IMG/VR virus record: IMGVR_UViG_3300042350_002797
Location: 62,001-126,000 of that record
DNA: 64,000 bases
Strand: one strand, 5' to 3'
Below the pieces are notes generated by a model, which saw only the letters and a list, made by a program, of their open reading frames with translations, was not told the origin of the DNA and ran no database searches. Made by a program: the position numbers and the translations under genes. This document shows positions 57,701 through 64,000 of this stretch, piece after piece; the stretch's first letter is position 1; every line of letters begins with the position of its first letter.

Positions 57701-60692
57701 TGATAAACTTATATTTAGAAAAAATACAAGTGATGGGGCATATCCAGGAGATTTAAATGAATTAGATACACAGTTGTCTGGGGGGAATTTAGCTTACATT
57801 ACAGCAACAGGTTTTGCTCCAGATGATATTTTACTAGACGGAGAAGGCTTCGTTACTCCTGCACAAAGCCATGCCCCTGAAGAAATAGTTCCAGGCCATA
57901 TAAGTGATGCAGTTGCTATTAAGATGTTTAGGTTACCTAAATCTGGAAGCAGTACTATATCGTTCAACAATTACATAGCAGACGGAGTTACAAATACTTA
58001 TAGCTATGGACAAATTGCAAACAGTCCTTCTGCTATAATTGTAAAATATAATGAATTAGTGTTAAAGCAATCAGTTGGGTATACTGTAGATCATATTAAT
58101 AGAACCATAAGCTTAATAGATTCGTTTGGTAATTCGTTAGTGCCTGTACAAGGAACTCTTGTAAGTGTTGCTGCATTTGGATTCGGATCTAATAGTATTT
58201 TAGACATCGGTACTACAGTGTCAGATGGAAGTACTTTAGACATTATAACAAATGCTCCATGGCCTCGATTACAAATCGACATGCTAGATACTGATGCACT
58301 AAATCGATTAGGATCAGTGGTTATAGTTGCTGGTATATACGTAAATTACGAATTGTTTGAAACTGACGAAACATATGAGAGTCCTCATAGAGTTGGTATA
58401 AGATTAGCAGAAGCTCCGCTGGCAGGTACTGACGTGCATTATATCTTAACAGGGGACAGTAATTATTCGTTAAGCACCGTATATTCTTATCAGATTCCTA
58501 TAGACGGTTTTGCACAAAATTATACCTTACCTAATAATACTGTCGGAATTAACAAACCTTACGAAAATAATGTAATTGTAATTAAAAATGGGCAGGTTTT
58601 AACGGCTGGAATAAACACAAATTATATTATGCAAGATAATCAACTTGTTTATACTATTCCAGCTTATCGATCAGAAGCATATTCTATTAATCCAACACAG
58701 TTTTTTATCTATATTAATGGAGTAGAATTAGTGAATGGAGTTGATTATATTTTTTCAAGCGGTACTTCAACTTTGAGTATTTCAAAAGAAAAGTATATTG
58801 AAGGTGCAACATTAACTTTATTAGATTATACCGCTTCAGATTATTTCTTTATTGATACAGAAATAACATTTATAGAACAATTATATATTACAGACGATGT
58901 CAGAGTAATAAGTTTTTACAATCACGATATTGAAAAAATTATAAGAAGTTATGAAAGATTTGATATAAGTTCAAGTTTAGTTCCAGGAACGTCTTCATAT
59001 TTTGAATATACAAAATTAAGAGGAGGATCTATTAAACTCTTCAGAACAACTAGAAAAGATGATTATATCTGGGTGATAAAAAATAAGAGATTATTATCGC
59101 ACAGTATAGATTTTTATCTTGATGATGATTTAAGAACTATTAAATTAGCAGATGAATTAGTAGAAACAGACAAGTTAGAAGTGATTTTATTTAATGATAA
59201 TAATGTTCAGTTAGGCTACGGATATATGCAATTTAAAGATATGCTTAATAGAGTTCATTACAAACGAATTAGGAAATCAAAATCTACAAGATTAAGTTCT
59301 AATCTGTTACAAAAAGATTTAACGATTCAAGTTAAGGACGGCTCAGTATTATCAAAACCAAATGCAGCAAAAAATCTTCCAGGTATTATTGAAATTAATG
59401 GGGAACGAATAGAATATTTTGAATTAAATGGAAATACTCTTAGCCAGTTAAGGAGAGGAACTCTAGGAACAGGAACTCCAGAAGTACATTTAGTTGATTC
59501 TTATATAATTGACATAGGACCATCGGAGACAATTCCTTACAATGATCAACATATTGTAGAAACATTTATAGGTGATGGTAGCGGACAAGAATTTATATTA
59601 AATTATAATCCTACTGTTAGTACCACTGACTGGTACAGAGATACTATTCCTTTAGATTTTGGAAGATCAGACGAGCTTGACGTGTTTGTTGGTGGCTATA
59701 GATTAAAGAAAGTTCCTTATCAATTATATCAAGATTCCAATAATTATCCTTACAGTCCAGAAGGTGATAGCCAATTTGAAGCAGATTTTAGTGTAAACGG
59801 CACAAATAAATTACGATTAACTAATGCTGCCACAGAAAATTCTAAAGTTGTTGTAATTAAAAAAGTAGGACGAGTTTGGGAAGATGCTGTTGATCCAACA
59901 GAAATTTTTAGAAATGTTAGACCATCAATTGGAGATGCTTCGTTTGATGTGATAAAAGTAAATTCTAACTATTCAGTAAAATTAAGGGATACGGGAACAG
60001 TTTATAATAACGGAGATGTAATCTATCTATCAGGAGCTACGTTAGGCGGATCTAGTCCAGAAAATGACATTACGATTACGGTTACTGACATTTTGGTGGA
60101 TAGAGGAAGAAATACAGCTAGGTCTGTAAAAATATATCCAGGAGGCTCGTTGTTTGGATCTACCTTTATTGTACCAGGAGAAAATTATATTATTGAGTTT
60201 GTTGGAACTACTGATTTTACTTTAATAGGTGCACCGTCTAACGAAGTTGGGGTAGAATTTACTGCTACTGCCGCAGGTACAGGCTCAGGTACTGCGTTTA
60301 TTGTGATACCTATTGCAGAACCTAATGAAGTAATATTCACATTAGCTACAGGTGTAGCAAGTATTTTATGGGTAGACAAGTACTTTATAGGTAATGGCGG
60401 GTCTGGTTATATAAGAAGTGTTGATAATACTGGAGTAACAGGTACATTCACCGTTGAGTTGGATAATCCTTTAGCTAATAAAAAATCTATTTCAGCTACA
60501 GAATGGGCAATATATCCTTATAAAGATCCTAGAAAATCTATTGTACAATTTACATATACAGGAATAGGTTTAGAAAATGGATTCGTATGCAAGAGCCTAT
60601 CAGAATCTAACAACTCTATTGCAGACTTTTTAAAGAATACAGAAACGGTATTTCCGACTTATATTACAGATCAAAATGATACATCAGAATAA
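45765..60692 (+). CDS. Giant 4975-aa baseplate/virion structural protein
   Basis: Uninterrupted 14.9-kb ORF coupled (TAATG) to gp6; N-terminal DLLP.YFRT wedge-like motif, FG-GAP-like propeller blades, CBM-like repeats, G.GY..AP.V.I repeats. Confidence 0.8.
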   Translation: MSNMDQEEPGLPINNSGQRSSADLLPKYFRTAGNRKFLQSTLDQLIQPGSVKKLNGFIGRKNAKAVKSDDIFINASDSIRQNYQLEPAAVIQDDFNNINFFKDYIDYINQIKILGGEVSNHEKLNQQETYSWNPFIDWDKFVNFQNYYWLPYGPDSIKVAGQQEEIVSTYSVVLVDEGDNYAFLFSPDGLLRNPTLRLYRGQTYNFQVNAPNNPFSIKTSRIQGSTNRYNNGVTNNATSNGVITFTVPVNAPDVLFYVSENDVNAGGVFQVLDVEENTFLDLDKDILGKKTYTMINGISMSNGMKLKFIGRVTPEIYANGYWYVEGVGTEIKLIPESELEIISSYSDSKELLFDDIGFDNEPFSSASSFAGKKDYITISRGSADRNAWSRYNRWFHKDIIEFAAQSENQIPVFDQSLRANRPIIEFKNNIKLFNFGHKAKTTIDLIDNFTKDVFSTIEGSLGYNVDGVDLANGMRVLFTADPDRLVKDKIFKVNFINVVVPGRQFTFNASTQVDVDNNIISVSTPHNLSSSDQVVYLNNGNDSITGLVNRKIYYVYVIDTLRFQLFNDRLLTVPVDIFATGSEIHKFEVYNKLRRQINLVEEPDTDPIFNETILIKSGIANGGFMYWYDGTNWKYAQQKTSIGQPPLFDLFDENEVSYSDTSVYDSSTFQGNKVFSYKIGTGPVDSNLNFPLTYKNINNVGDIVFEFNLLNESFNYKVETQVKSKNTDVAYLRQIEDLSTYSYANGWTKTLVTNIQPIVRIFKNSGLVNDFPIDVYDDPNNLNDLEVRVYIDGIRLNKDKFSIQSNVVRKFVRLTTDVSITNVVTLKCFSSQTKNDKGHYDVPLNLQNNPLNDNVNEFTLGEVIDHVGSIVENLNQFSGEYPGDSNLRDLGNVSGYGTRFLQHSGPLNLALYHLGQKNFNIFKALEKARDDYGKFKRTFLVAASNTGIETEARLHVDYVLEKMSKDQASNKPYYLSDMFAYTVANRLEYVIEDARLKIYPMSNNFNLNSLSNNAVYLYINGEQLVHGRDYVFGDDVFITIIRDLYENDLLEIVEYESTDGSFCPATPTKLGLYPKFEPKKFIDDSYLEPKEVIQGHDGSITLAYGDYRDDMLLELEKRIFNNIKSSYDTSIFNVYEFIPGHSRDTVYSKEEFDTVLSRFFYQWTLLINEDYTQQTYWDRLNPFTFNYRGNFTPDGRDIPAFWRGVYQWLLDTDRPHTRPWECLGFSIEPSWWTEIYGPAPYTSDNRVLWDDIQQGIIREPGKPIRINSLFAKSVLQYGTPVDDQGNLLDPVNANFAQGPLKPTPEGYYVFGDQGPVEAAWRKSSFYPFSLIQALLLLQPNKVLASCYDISRTKRNFNNQLIYSETGLRIRLKDLVLPSTISQSNRIYAAGLVNYIVDFISSDLLSLVENYKSDLQRLTNKIGSKLGSFTSKTKLKLLLDSKSPTSTGGVFVPEENYNIFLNTSSPIKKVVYSGVIVTKYPDGYEIRGYDLDNPFFTYYPYRKTGSTIKVGGISESFADWAENKTYVAGKIVLYNGVYYRVKTTHETTDTFDSQLYAKLPRLPEIGGVEILLRDLWDYSTPLTLSYGTKLQTIQDVADFIQGYGEYLEQLGFVFEEFNNVLQTITNWKTSLQEFAFWTTQNWKEGSVLALSPAAQTLTFKSDLEVVNDIKDPFYGYKIYRVDGKLLDSSNLQVYRNKNEFYLDVKDSAQGIYGAVLYTIQKEHALIIDNSTLFNDVIYDLAPGYRQERIKVLGYVASEWFGGFDIPGFIYDEARINDWQIWTDYKLGDIVKFKEFYYSARKFILGSEEFNFEDWYRLDEKPESQLLSNWDYKADQFRDFYDLDTDNFDAEQQRLAQHLIGYQNRQYLENIIKDDVSQYKFYQGMIVEKGSQNVLNKLFDTLSADDQESLEFNEEWALRVGEFGASSAFEEIEFKLDENLFRLTPQPFELTNNINPSIVDYVIRQKSTDVYIKPVGYNNNPWPISDVKQFLRSAGFVRYNDVKLAIDTLDEILTQDIVDFIEGDYIWCAFDTVKNNYWNVYRLTNANINVERIQFSSSEFTVVCERIPNIQVGQYIGIDQNEKVNGFYKVKSIQGRSFTVDKDLTGIDLETEDSSALVIYKFTTSKIEDINFANEYLPPIIKTGELIWANNVGQGLRGVYENNKVYNRLSFETPDPELNLKFGLKVSSIKDGSLCAVTTANNQVTIFSKAVNDAKWTQTFVIDPPKYIFPDDIDGGAAFRAAQGFGYETAFTPDGEWLAIAAPLASRVRSGWEGDFTEGQSYDFGDAVRVRSTHWYAKRNILGDSAVNFKDDAPGPAFGSRNYDEFRFRQDWTPAYLINTDATKSPSALTEQGYVALYKRVGQGEFTLVHSFVSPEPTNNERFGSKISFAKQGNDYVLAISSPGYRNRGRVYMYRYGETETDSTVSFWKMDYNRFYVGAFSSFNQYYPGDIVLNPTNYQLYRCLAFQDPTPIETNPSAWQIITSSTSILGFFPQIVDDDIEIDNNVTFDSSYKLPPPLRNDAVEILFPGDEFGYDVRLSADGGDTLVISAPAADEFNYGNFKGKFKKTIIYSKGDVVYHRGGFWRYAVDSDTTPNEDEFVESEWEILNVTYEDSSYGYQGEFKLDGRYYPGDVVYVKNNATGKATLYQSIGNFIGDGSSGTDLDKSHEWRKLFPRTTNTGKVFVYKFDGSAYSLSQTLGADQALDINTEERFGESVAVSDNSDVIAVGSVLTDKITDDQGKVVIFKQQADVYYKQQDLYSQRAEPREKFGSYVDFMNNGETLVVFSANGDIENITTFDKANTTFDNAFLRIVDLQIDTGRIDIYDRYDVNYVYGESLATPYLEEDLQVNDLSDKYGYSIAVSNNNILVSAPLEDGIDTNVGKVYSYNKSTGKLSWSQKYKESKTPDATKIKKSYLYNRKTNALVSYLDVVDTIRGKIPGPADQEIKFKTYYDPATYSVASENLNVNDGAKWDEKHVGMLWWDLSRAKFIENSVGDVTYRSVNWNKLYKTASIDIYEWVSSKYLPSQWDELTGTEEGFAQGISGTTRYGDQSYSIKRRFDTITKTFVSTYYYWVKNPTLIPNVVGRSMSAIDVSQMIADPIGYGYPCLALTGTNSFSLSNVKNFLEDDRIVLNVQYWIINDLTKNAHSQWKIISEKPTAIIPREIESKWLDSLVGKDYQNRVLPDRKLPFKLKYGIESRPRQSMFSNRVEALKEFIEKTNSILEKLVIVDIADLTDLMSNDPEPSLISGIYDKIVDVDLELGLIGTSKLKTAAITLIITDGRITGAEIVNAGNGYVNAPYVKIVGNGKGAIVKTVISNGKVVGVDIIDSGYGYNNDTFAIIRSYSVLIKSDAVSLNKWAVVNWNDVKKEWLRVKTQAYDVTNFWEYIDWYDVGYNQYTPVDFVVENTYQLGFLESDIGSIVKVKNIGSGGWVLLEKYDNNVTIDYTKNYKVVARQNGTIKFKSSLYNFTNTTFGYDADLYDSLFYDNVAEQELKIIINTIKNKIFVEDLRVNYIQLFFSSLRYVFKEQFFVDWAIKTSFVNANHKAGYLQQKVSYNSDSLQDFEEYIKEVKPYRTKIREYVSSYTAVDRSQTSVTDFDLLPSIKNNLIVEPVKVKINDNDGSVEYFDPVVETYPWKFWLDNVGFNVQSIEISDPGSGYITRPVVRINGGFGSGAEAKAYINNGKLSRIDLISKGSGYLKAPEVIIDGGLAVGGTAAKAVAVIENSVVRSNKLSIKFDRITRNYYVTELEVTETFVGNNSRKQWPLKYSPNLTYNKTSVKINGVDVLKFDYALTSKKSTTRGYTSYSGLITFENAPRANAEIVVTYEKDFNHLSAADRINFYYDPQTGQLGKDLAQLMQGIDFGGVNITGLGFNINGGWDSLPWYSDGWDGFDAEFDDRIISVGDSTYSFYIGYVPESGQEINIYLNGKRLDDPYFDLYDGVTVQANGRKVAPAGTVMNTWVGNGIDDTILLPDGAGLNIKAGDKLIFRKNTSDGAYPGDLNELDTQLSGGNLAYITATGFAPDDILLDGEGFVTPAQSHAPEEIVPGHISDAVAIKMFRLPKSGSSTISFNNYIADGVTNTYSYGQIANSPSAIIVKYNELVLKQSVGYTVDHINRTISLIDSFGNSLVPVQGTLVSVAAFGFGSNSILDIGTTVSDGSTLDIITNAPWPRLQIDMLDTDALNRLGSVVIVAGIYVNYELFETDETYESPHRVGIRLAEAPLAGTDVHYILTGDSNYSLSTVYSYQIPIDGFAQNYTLPNNTVGINKPYENNVIVIKNGQVLTAGINTNYIMQDNQLVYTIPAYRSEAYSINPTQFFIYINGVELVNGVDYIFSSGTSTLSISKEKYIEGATLTLLDYTASDYFFIDTEITFIEQLYITDDVRVISFYNHDIEKIIRSYERFDISSSLVPGTSSYFEYTKLRGGSIKLFRTTRKDDYIWVIKNKRLLSHSIDFYLDDDLRTIKLADELVETDKLEVILFNDNNVQLGYGYMQFKDMLNRVHYKRIRKSKSTRLSSNLLQKDLTIQVKDGSVLSKPNAAKNLPGIIEINGERIEYFELNGNTLSQLRRGTLGTGTPEVHLVDSYIIDIGPSETIPYNDQHIVETFIGDGSGQEFILNYNPTVSTTDWYRDTIPLDFGRSDELDVFVGGYRLKKVPYQLYQDSNNYPYSPEGDSQFEADFSVNGTNKLRLTNAATENSKVVVIKKVGRVWEDAVDPTEIFRNVRPSIGDASFDVIKVNSNYSVKLRDTGTVYNNGDVIYLSGATLGGSSPENDITITVTDILVDRGRNTARSVKIYPGGSLFGSTFIVPGENYIIEFVGTTDFTLIGAPSNEVGVEFTATAAGTGSGTAFIVIPIAEPNEVIFTLATGVASILWVDKYFIGNGGSGYIRSVDNTGVTGTFTVELDNPLANKKSISATEWAIYPYKDPRKSIVQFTYTGIGLENGFVCKSLSESNNSIADFLKNTETVFPTYITDQNDTSE

Positions 60693-60718
60693 AGTAAAAG
60701 TATCATATTATATACCCG

Positions 60719-60726
60719 GATAAATA
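60719..60726 (+). promoter_or_regulatory. Late promoter (GATAAATA)
   Basis: Intergenic, 21 nt upstream of ATG 60747. Confidence 0.65.
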
Positions 60727-60746
60727 ATACATTAAAAGAGACTACT

Positions 60747-61358
60747 ATGCAAGGTAAAGACTTATCAGGAATTCATATAGAAGGGCACATTAAAATATGG
60801 TGCCCAGAAACCAATGAGATTATAATCAATAAGAGAAATGCTATTCATTATGAGAATATTAGTATAGCTCTTGCTGAATCTATAGCCAACTCAGGTCAAG
60901 GATTTATATATGAAATGGCGTTTGGTAATGGAGCTACTACTGTAGATCCTACAGGTATTATCACTTATCTTACCCCAAATAGTACAGGTATTAATGCAGG
61001 CTTGTATAATCAAACTTACTCAAAAGTTATTGATGATAGATCTGTAGCTAATTTAGATCCGATTAGAAATAAATTAGAAACTCGTCACGTAACTGGTACT
61101 AATTATACCGATGTATTTGTAACTTGTCTATTAGATTACGGTGAGCCGACTGGACAAGAAGCGTTCGACAACGTTACAAATAATGAAAGTGATTTTGTTT
61201 TTGATGAGATTGGATTAAAGTCATATAGTTCTACTGGGCAGAGTAGACTACTTACACATGTTATTTTTCACCCAGTACAAAAAAGTCTGAACAGATTAAT
61301 TCAAGTAGACTACACAGTAAGAATTCAAAGTCTTACAGGATTAAGTGAGGTAGCATAA
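60747..61358 (+). CDS. Baseplate/tail-fibre attachment protein (203 aa)
   Basis: MAFGNG, FDEIGL and TH.IFHPVQKS..R.I.V.YTVRI motifs resemble fibre-anchoring domains; precedes the fibre genes. Confidence 0.55.
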   Translation: MQGKDLSGIHIEGHIKIWCPETNEIIINKRNAIHYENISIALAESIANSGQGFIYEMAFGNGATTVDPTGIITYLTPNSTGINAGLYNQTYSKVIDDRSVANLDPIRNKLETRHVTGTNYTDVFVTCLLDYGEPTGQEAFDNVTNNESDFVFDEIGLKSYSSTGQSRLLTHVIFHPVQKSLNRLIQVDYTVRIQSLTGLSEVA

Positions 61359-63475
61359 TGAGTTATACAATTAATTTTACAGATACTCCTAATAATCCTG
61401 GCGGTATAACAGTTGAAGATCAAAGTCTAAACCAAGAAAAAAGTATAAGTTTTATAGGAAAAAATTATACAGGGTATGCTAAAGTTATTGCAGAAAGTTT
61501 TTTACATCTGCTAGAAAATTTTGCTAAATCAGAAGCACCTAATAATCCTGTTGTAGGTCAATTATGGTACGATACTGACTCTAATAACGATCCATCACAG
61601 CCTCAACTATTAGTTTATGACGGTACAAATTGGCAACCTGCTGGAACAGTAAAAAGAAGATCCAGTCAACCCTTAGCATCTGAAAGTGTTATTGGTGATT
61701 TATGGGTAGACACTGCTAATCAACAGTTATATTTGTGGTCTGGATCTAGTTGGATTTTAATCGGTCCTGAATTTAGTGCAGGAACAGTTACAGGTCCTAA
61801 AGTTGAGTCGCTAATAGACACATTGACCATTGAAAGATTTGTAATAAGTCTATATGTCAGCGACGAAAGAATAGCAATTATAAGTTCTCAAGAATTTACT
61901 CCAAAACTATCAATAGAAGGATTTCCTAAAATTAAGAAAGGTATTAATTTAAGAGATACTAATGATAGCGGAGTTACTAATTTAAACAACAGCACTTTTA
62001 GATTTGTTGGATCTGCTACTAATAGTGAAAAATTAGGCGGCATTGATGCAAGTAATTTTGTTAGAAACGATATTAATAGTACTACGAACGGTAGTTTTAG
62101 CATTAGAAATAATGCTGGATTAATTTTAGGTTCAGATTTATCTGTAAGTCTGTCAAATACTTCAACCGGCGCCACTGTTTTATACAATAAAACTGAGGGA
62201 TCCAGCATCTTTATAAGAACTAATCAAGATGGTGCAGCTCAAGATGTTATCACAGTTAGCGGAACTAATGTAGGTATTAATAAAACAAATCCAGTGTATG
62301 AATTAGATATCAATGGCACATTACGTACTAGTGATAATCTGTTTGTTAATGGTACAAATAATGCAGTAGATTTAAATACTGGATCAATCAGAACTGCTGG
62401 CGGATTAAGCGTACAAAAAAGTATTCATGTTGGTCAAGGAATTAAAGTTACTGGTAATATTGTTAGCAATAATATTATTCCAGAAACAACTGCTGTATAT
62501 GATTTAGGCACAGAAGATACTACTTTTAGAAATATATATGCAACAAAAGTTGTTTCATCTAACTTTGAAGGTTCTTTTTCAGGACAATTAATCGGTTCAG
62601 TAACAGGTAGTGCCAGTCGATTAGCAAGCGCCACTAATTTTAGACTAGTAGGTGAAGTAACTAGTAATACTGTAAGTTTTAATGGATTACAACCTAGTGG
62701 ATTAGCAGAATTTACAGCCACAGTTAGTGCAGATTTTATTGGAAATAAAACACTTGTAAGTTCAGTCAATGACGATGATTTATTATTAATACAACGACCA
62801 GCAACAGGTTTACAAAAAGTAACTACTGCGGCATTCTTTTCAAGAGCAGGCGTATTACCAATTGGATCGTTAATGCCGTTTGCTGGTACAGTTGCTCCGA
62901 ATGGATTCGTATTGTGTGACGGAAGCGAATACTTAATCAGTGAATATACAGAGTTATGGCAAATTATTGGATATACTTATAAACCACTAGGAGCATTACA
63001 AGGATTGAATACATTCGCTGTGCCTGATTTAAGGGGAAGATTTCCTTTAGGTTTAGATAATATGTTTAGTAATGTTAAAGTTCCTAAGAATGATGGGTCA
63101 GGAGATCTAATTTATACAATTGGAACAAGTGCATCGAGAGTTAATGCTTCTGCTGCAAATAACATAGGTTCAGGAAGCGGAACTCAAGATACTCAGTTGC
63201 AAATTAGTCAGTTACCAGAACATACACACGATATGAGGGGACTAACATCTACAGGAGAAAAAGGCCAGCAGTACTATGCAATTAGAAATAGCTCTGATCC
63301 TGCAGGAGATGTTAATACTGTAAGCCATACTACAAAAGGTCCGTCGCTGCCAAATGAAGGGCAATTTTTGCCTAACAGCGGTGGTGTCAATAACGCACTT
63401 TTAGGTGAAGCAGTTTCATTAATGAATCCTTATATAAGTTTAAATTATATAATCTATACCGGAAAGTTTATCTAA
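61358..63475 (+). CDS. Tail fibre with C-terminal phage tail-collar domain (gp12-like)
   Basis: PIGSLMPFAG..AP.GF.LCDG...Y.EL...IG...F.VPDLRGRFPLG collar motif and terminal NPY..LNYII. Confidence 0.85.
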   Translation: MSYTINFTDTPNNPGGITVEDQSLNQEKSISFIGKNYTGYAKVIAESFLHLLENFAKSEAPNNPVVGQLWYDTDSNNDPSQPQLLVYDGTNWQPAGTVKRRSSQPLASESVIGDLWVDTANQQLYLWSGSSWILIGPEFSAGTVTGPKVESLIDTLTIERFVISLYVSDERIAIISSQEFTPKLSIEGFPKIKKGINLRDTNDSGVTNLNNSTFRFVGSATNSEKLGGIDASNFVRNDINSTTNGSFSIRNNAGLILGSDLSVSLSNTSTGATVLYNKTEGSSIFIRTNQDGAAQDVITVSGTNVGINKTNPVYELDINGTLRTSDNLFVNGTNNAVDLNTGSIRTAGGLSVQKSIHVGQGIKVTGNIVSNNIIPETTAVYDLGTEDTTFRNIYATKVVSSNFEGSFSGQLIGSVTGSASRLASATNFRLVGEVTSNTVSFNGLQPSGLAEFTATVSADFIGNKTLVSSVNDDDLLLIQRPATGLQKVTTAAFFSRAGVLPIGSLMPFAGTVAPNGFVLCDGSEYLISEYTELWQIIGYTYKPLGALQGLNTFAVPDLRGRFPLGLDNMFSNVKVPKNDGSGDLIYTIGTSASRVNASAANNIGSGSGTQDTQLQISQLPEHTHDMRGLTSTGEKGQQYYAIRNSSDPAGDVNTVSHTTKGPSLPNEGQFLPNSGGVNNALLGEAVSLMNPYISLNYIIYTGKFI

Positions 63476-63485
63476 GGAAATATGA

Positions 63486-64000
63486 ATGACTTATCAGATT
63501 AATTTAACTAACGGATCTTTATTAACAGAAATTGTTGATAGTTCTATTGACCAGCAAGCCACAGATTTAACCTTAATAGGTAAGAACGTTTCTGGGTATG
63601 GCGAATATATTAATGAAAATTTTATAAAAATATTAGAAAATTTTGCGGCAGAAACTGAACCAAACAATCCATTAATTGGACAAATATGGTTTGATACTGC
63701 TGAAAATCGATTAAAAGTATACGACGGTAACGGATTTAAAATAGGATCAGGGCCAATAGTAAGTGGAACTCGACCTCTTAGTTTCAGTCAAGGGGATTTG
63801 TGGATCGACAGTACTCAAAATCAACTGTATTTTTATGACGGAATAGATCTTCAATTAGCAGGTCCTATTTACAAAGAGTCTCAAGGACGTTGTGGGTTTG
63901 TTGTAGAGGATATTGTTGATACAAACGGCTCAGCAAAAACTATTGTTAAACTTTTAGTTAATGATGTTTTATTAGGAATTTTTAGTACTTCGTCCTTATC
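63486..64000 (+). CDS. Partial tail fibre, paralogue of 61358-63475 (runs off the window)
   Basis: MTYQINLTNGSLLTEIVDSSIDQQATDLTLIGKNVSGYGEYINENFIKILENFA...GQIWFD matches the preceding gene's IGKNY.GY...E.F..LLENFA...GQLWYD; AAGGA RBS; not in the ORF track. Confidence 0.85.
   Translation, partial: MTYQINLTNGSLLTEIVDSSIDQQATDLTLIGKNVSGYGEYINENFIKILENFAAETEPNNPLIGQIWFDTAENRLKVYDGNGFKIGSGPIVSGTRPLSFSQGDLWIDSTQNQLYFYDGIDLQLAGPIYKESQGRCGFVVEDIVDTNGSAKTIVKLLVNDVLLGIFSTSSL

Larger units (their letters stand above)
1..64000. other. T4-like (jumbo) myovirus genome segment: head, baseplate, fibre and late-transcription/recombination modules
   Basis: Recognisable T4 core homologues (gp20, gp21, gp22, gp23, gp55, gp46, gp47, gp25, gp6, gp5, gp53, gp26), TATAAATA-type late promoters, dense gene packing, no cellular housekeeping genes. 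Confidence 0.96.

Noticed and set aside
462-62769. Numerous 60-150-aa ORFs antisense to long genes in the ORF track
   Set aside because: Expected shadow frames opposite genes with strong codon bias; no RBS, promoters or motifs
1-64000. Stop-codon reassignment (alternative genetic code) as seen in some jumbo phages
   Set aside because: Core genes and a 4975-aa ORF are intact in the standard code; TAA dominates and TGA acts as a normal stop in ATGA overlaps

Overview
The whole window is a 64-kb piece of an AT-rich, T4-like (probably jumbo) myovirus genome. It contains no host genes, tRNAs, CRISPR arrays or IS elements that I can support. From left to right: (1) a minus-strand cluster of large paralogous fibre or virion-surface proteins with Trp/Tyr-rich carbohydrate-binding-like repeats (1-20.3 kb); (2) the head module of gp23 capsid, gp22 scaffold, gp21 protease, an acidic core protein, a DUF115/GT-like enzyme and the gp20 portal, preceded by a tape-measure-like gene (20.4-29.2 kb); (3) a plus-strand gp26-like gene with a candidate -1 programmed frameshift into a start-less gp51-like frame; (4) a minus-strand, sigma70-driven operon of mostly overlapping genes, gp55 - 52-aa ORF - gp47 - gp46 - small basic protein - minimal GIY-YIG nuclease, followed directly by about 440 nt of ORF-free, densely base-paired sequence that looks like a large non-coding RNA; (5) a plus-strand baseplate and tail module (gp48/54-like, gp53, hub, gp5, gp25, gp6, a 4975-aa giant protein, tail-collar fibres). 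T4-type late promoters (NNTAAATA) precede most structural units. The best candidates for new biology are the GIY-YIG plus structured RNA pair at 31.35-32.23 kb and the gp26/gp51 frameshift at 30.1 kb. All family names come from motif recognition and gene order, not from database searches.
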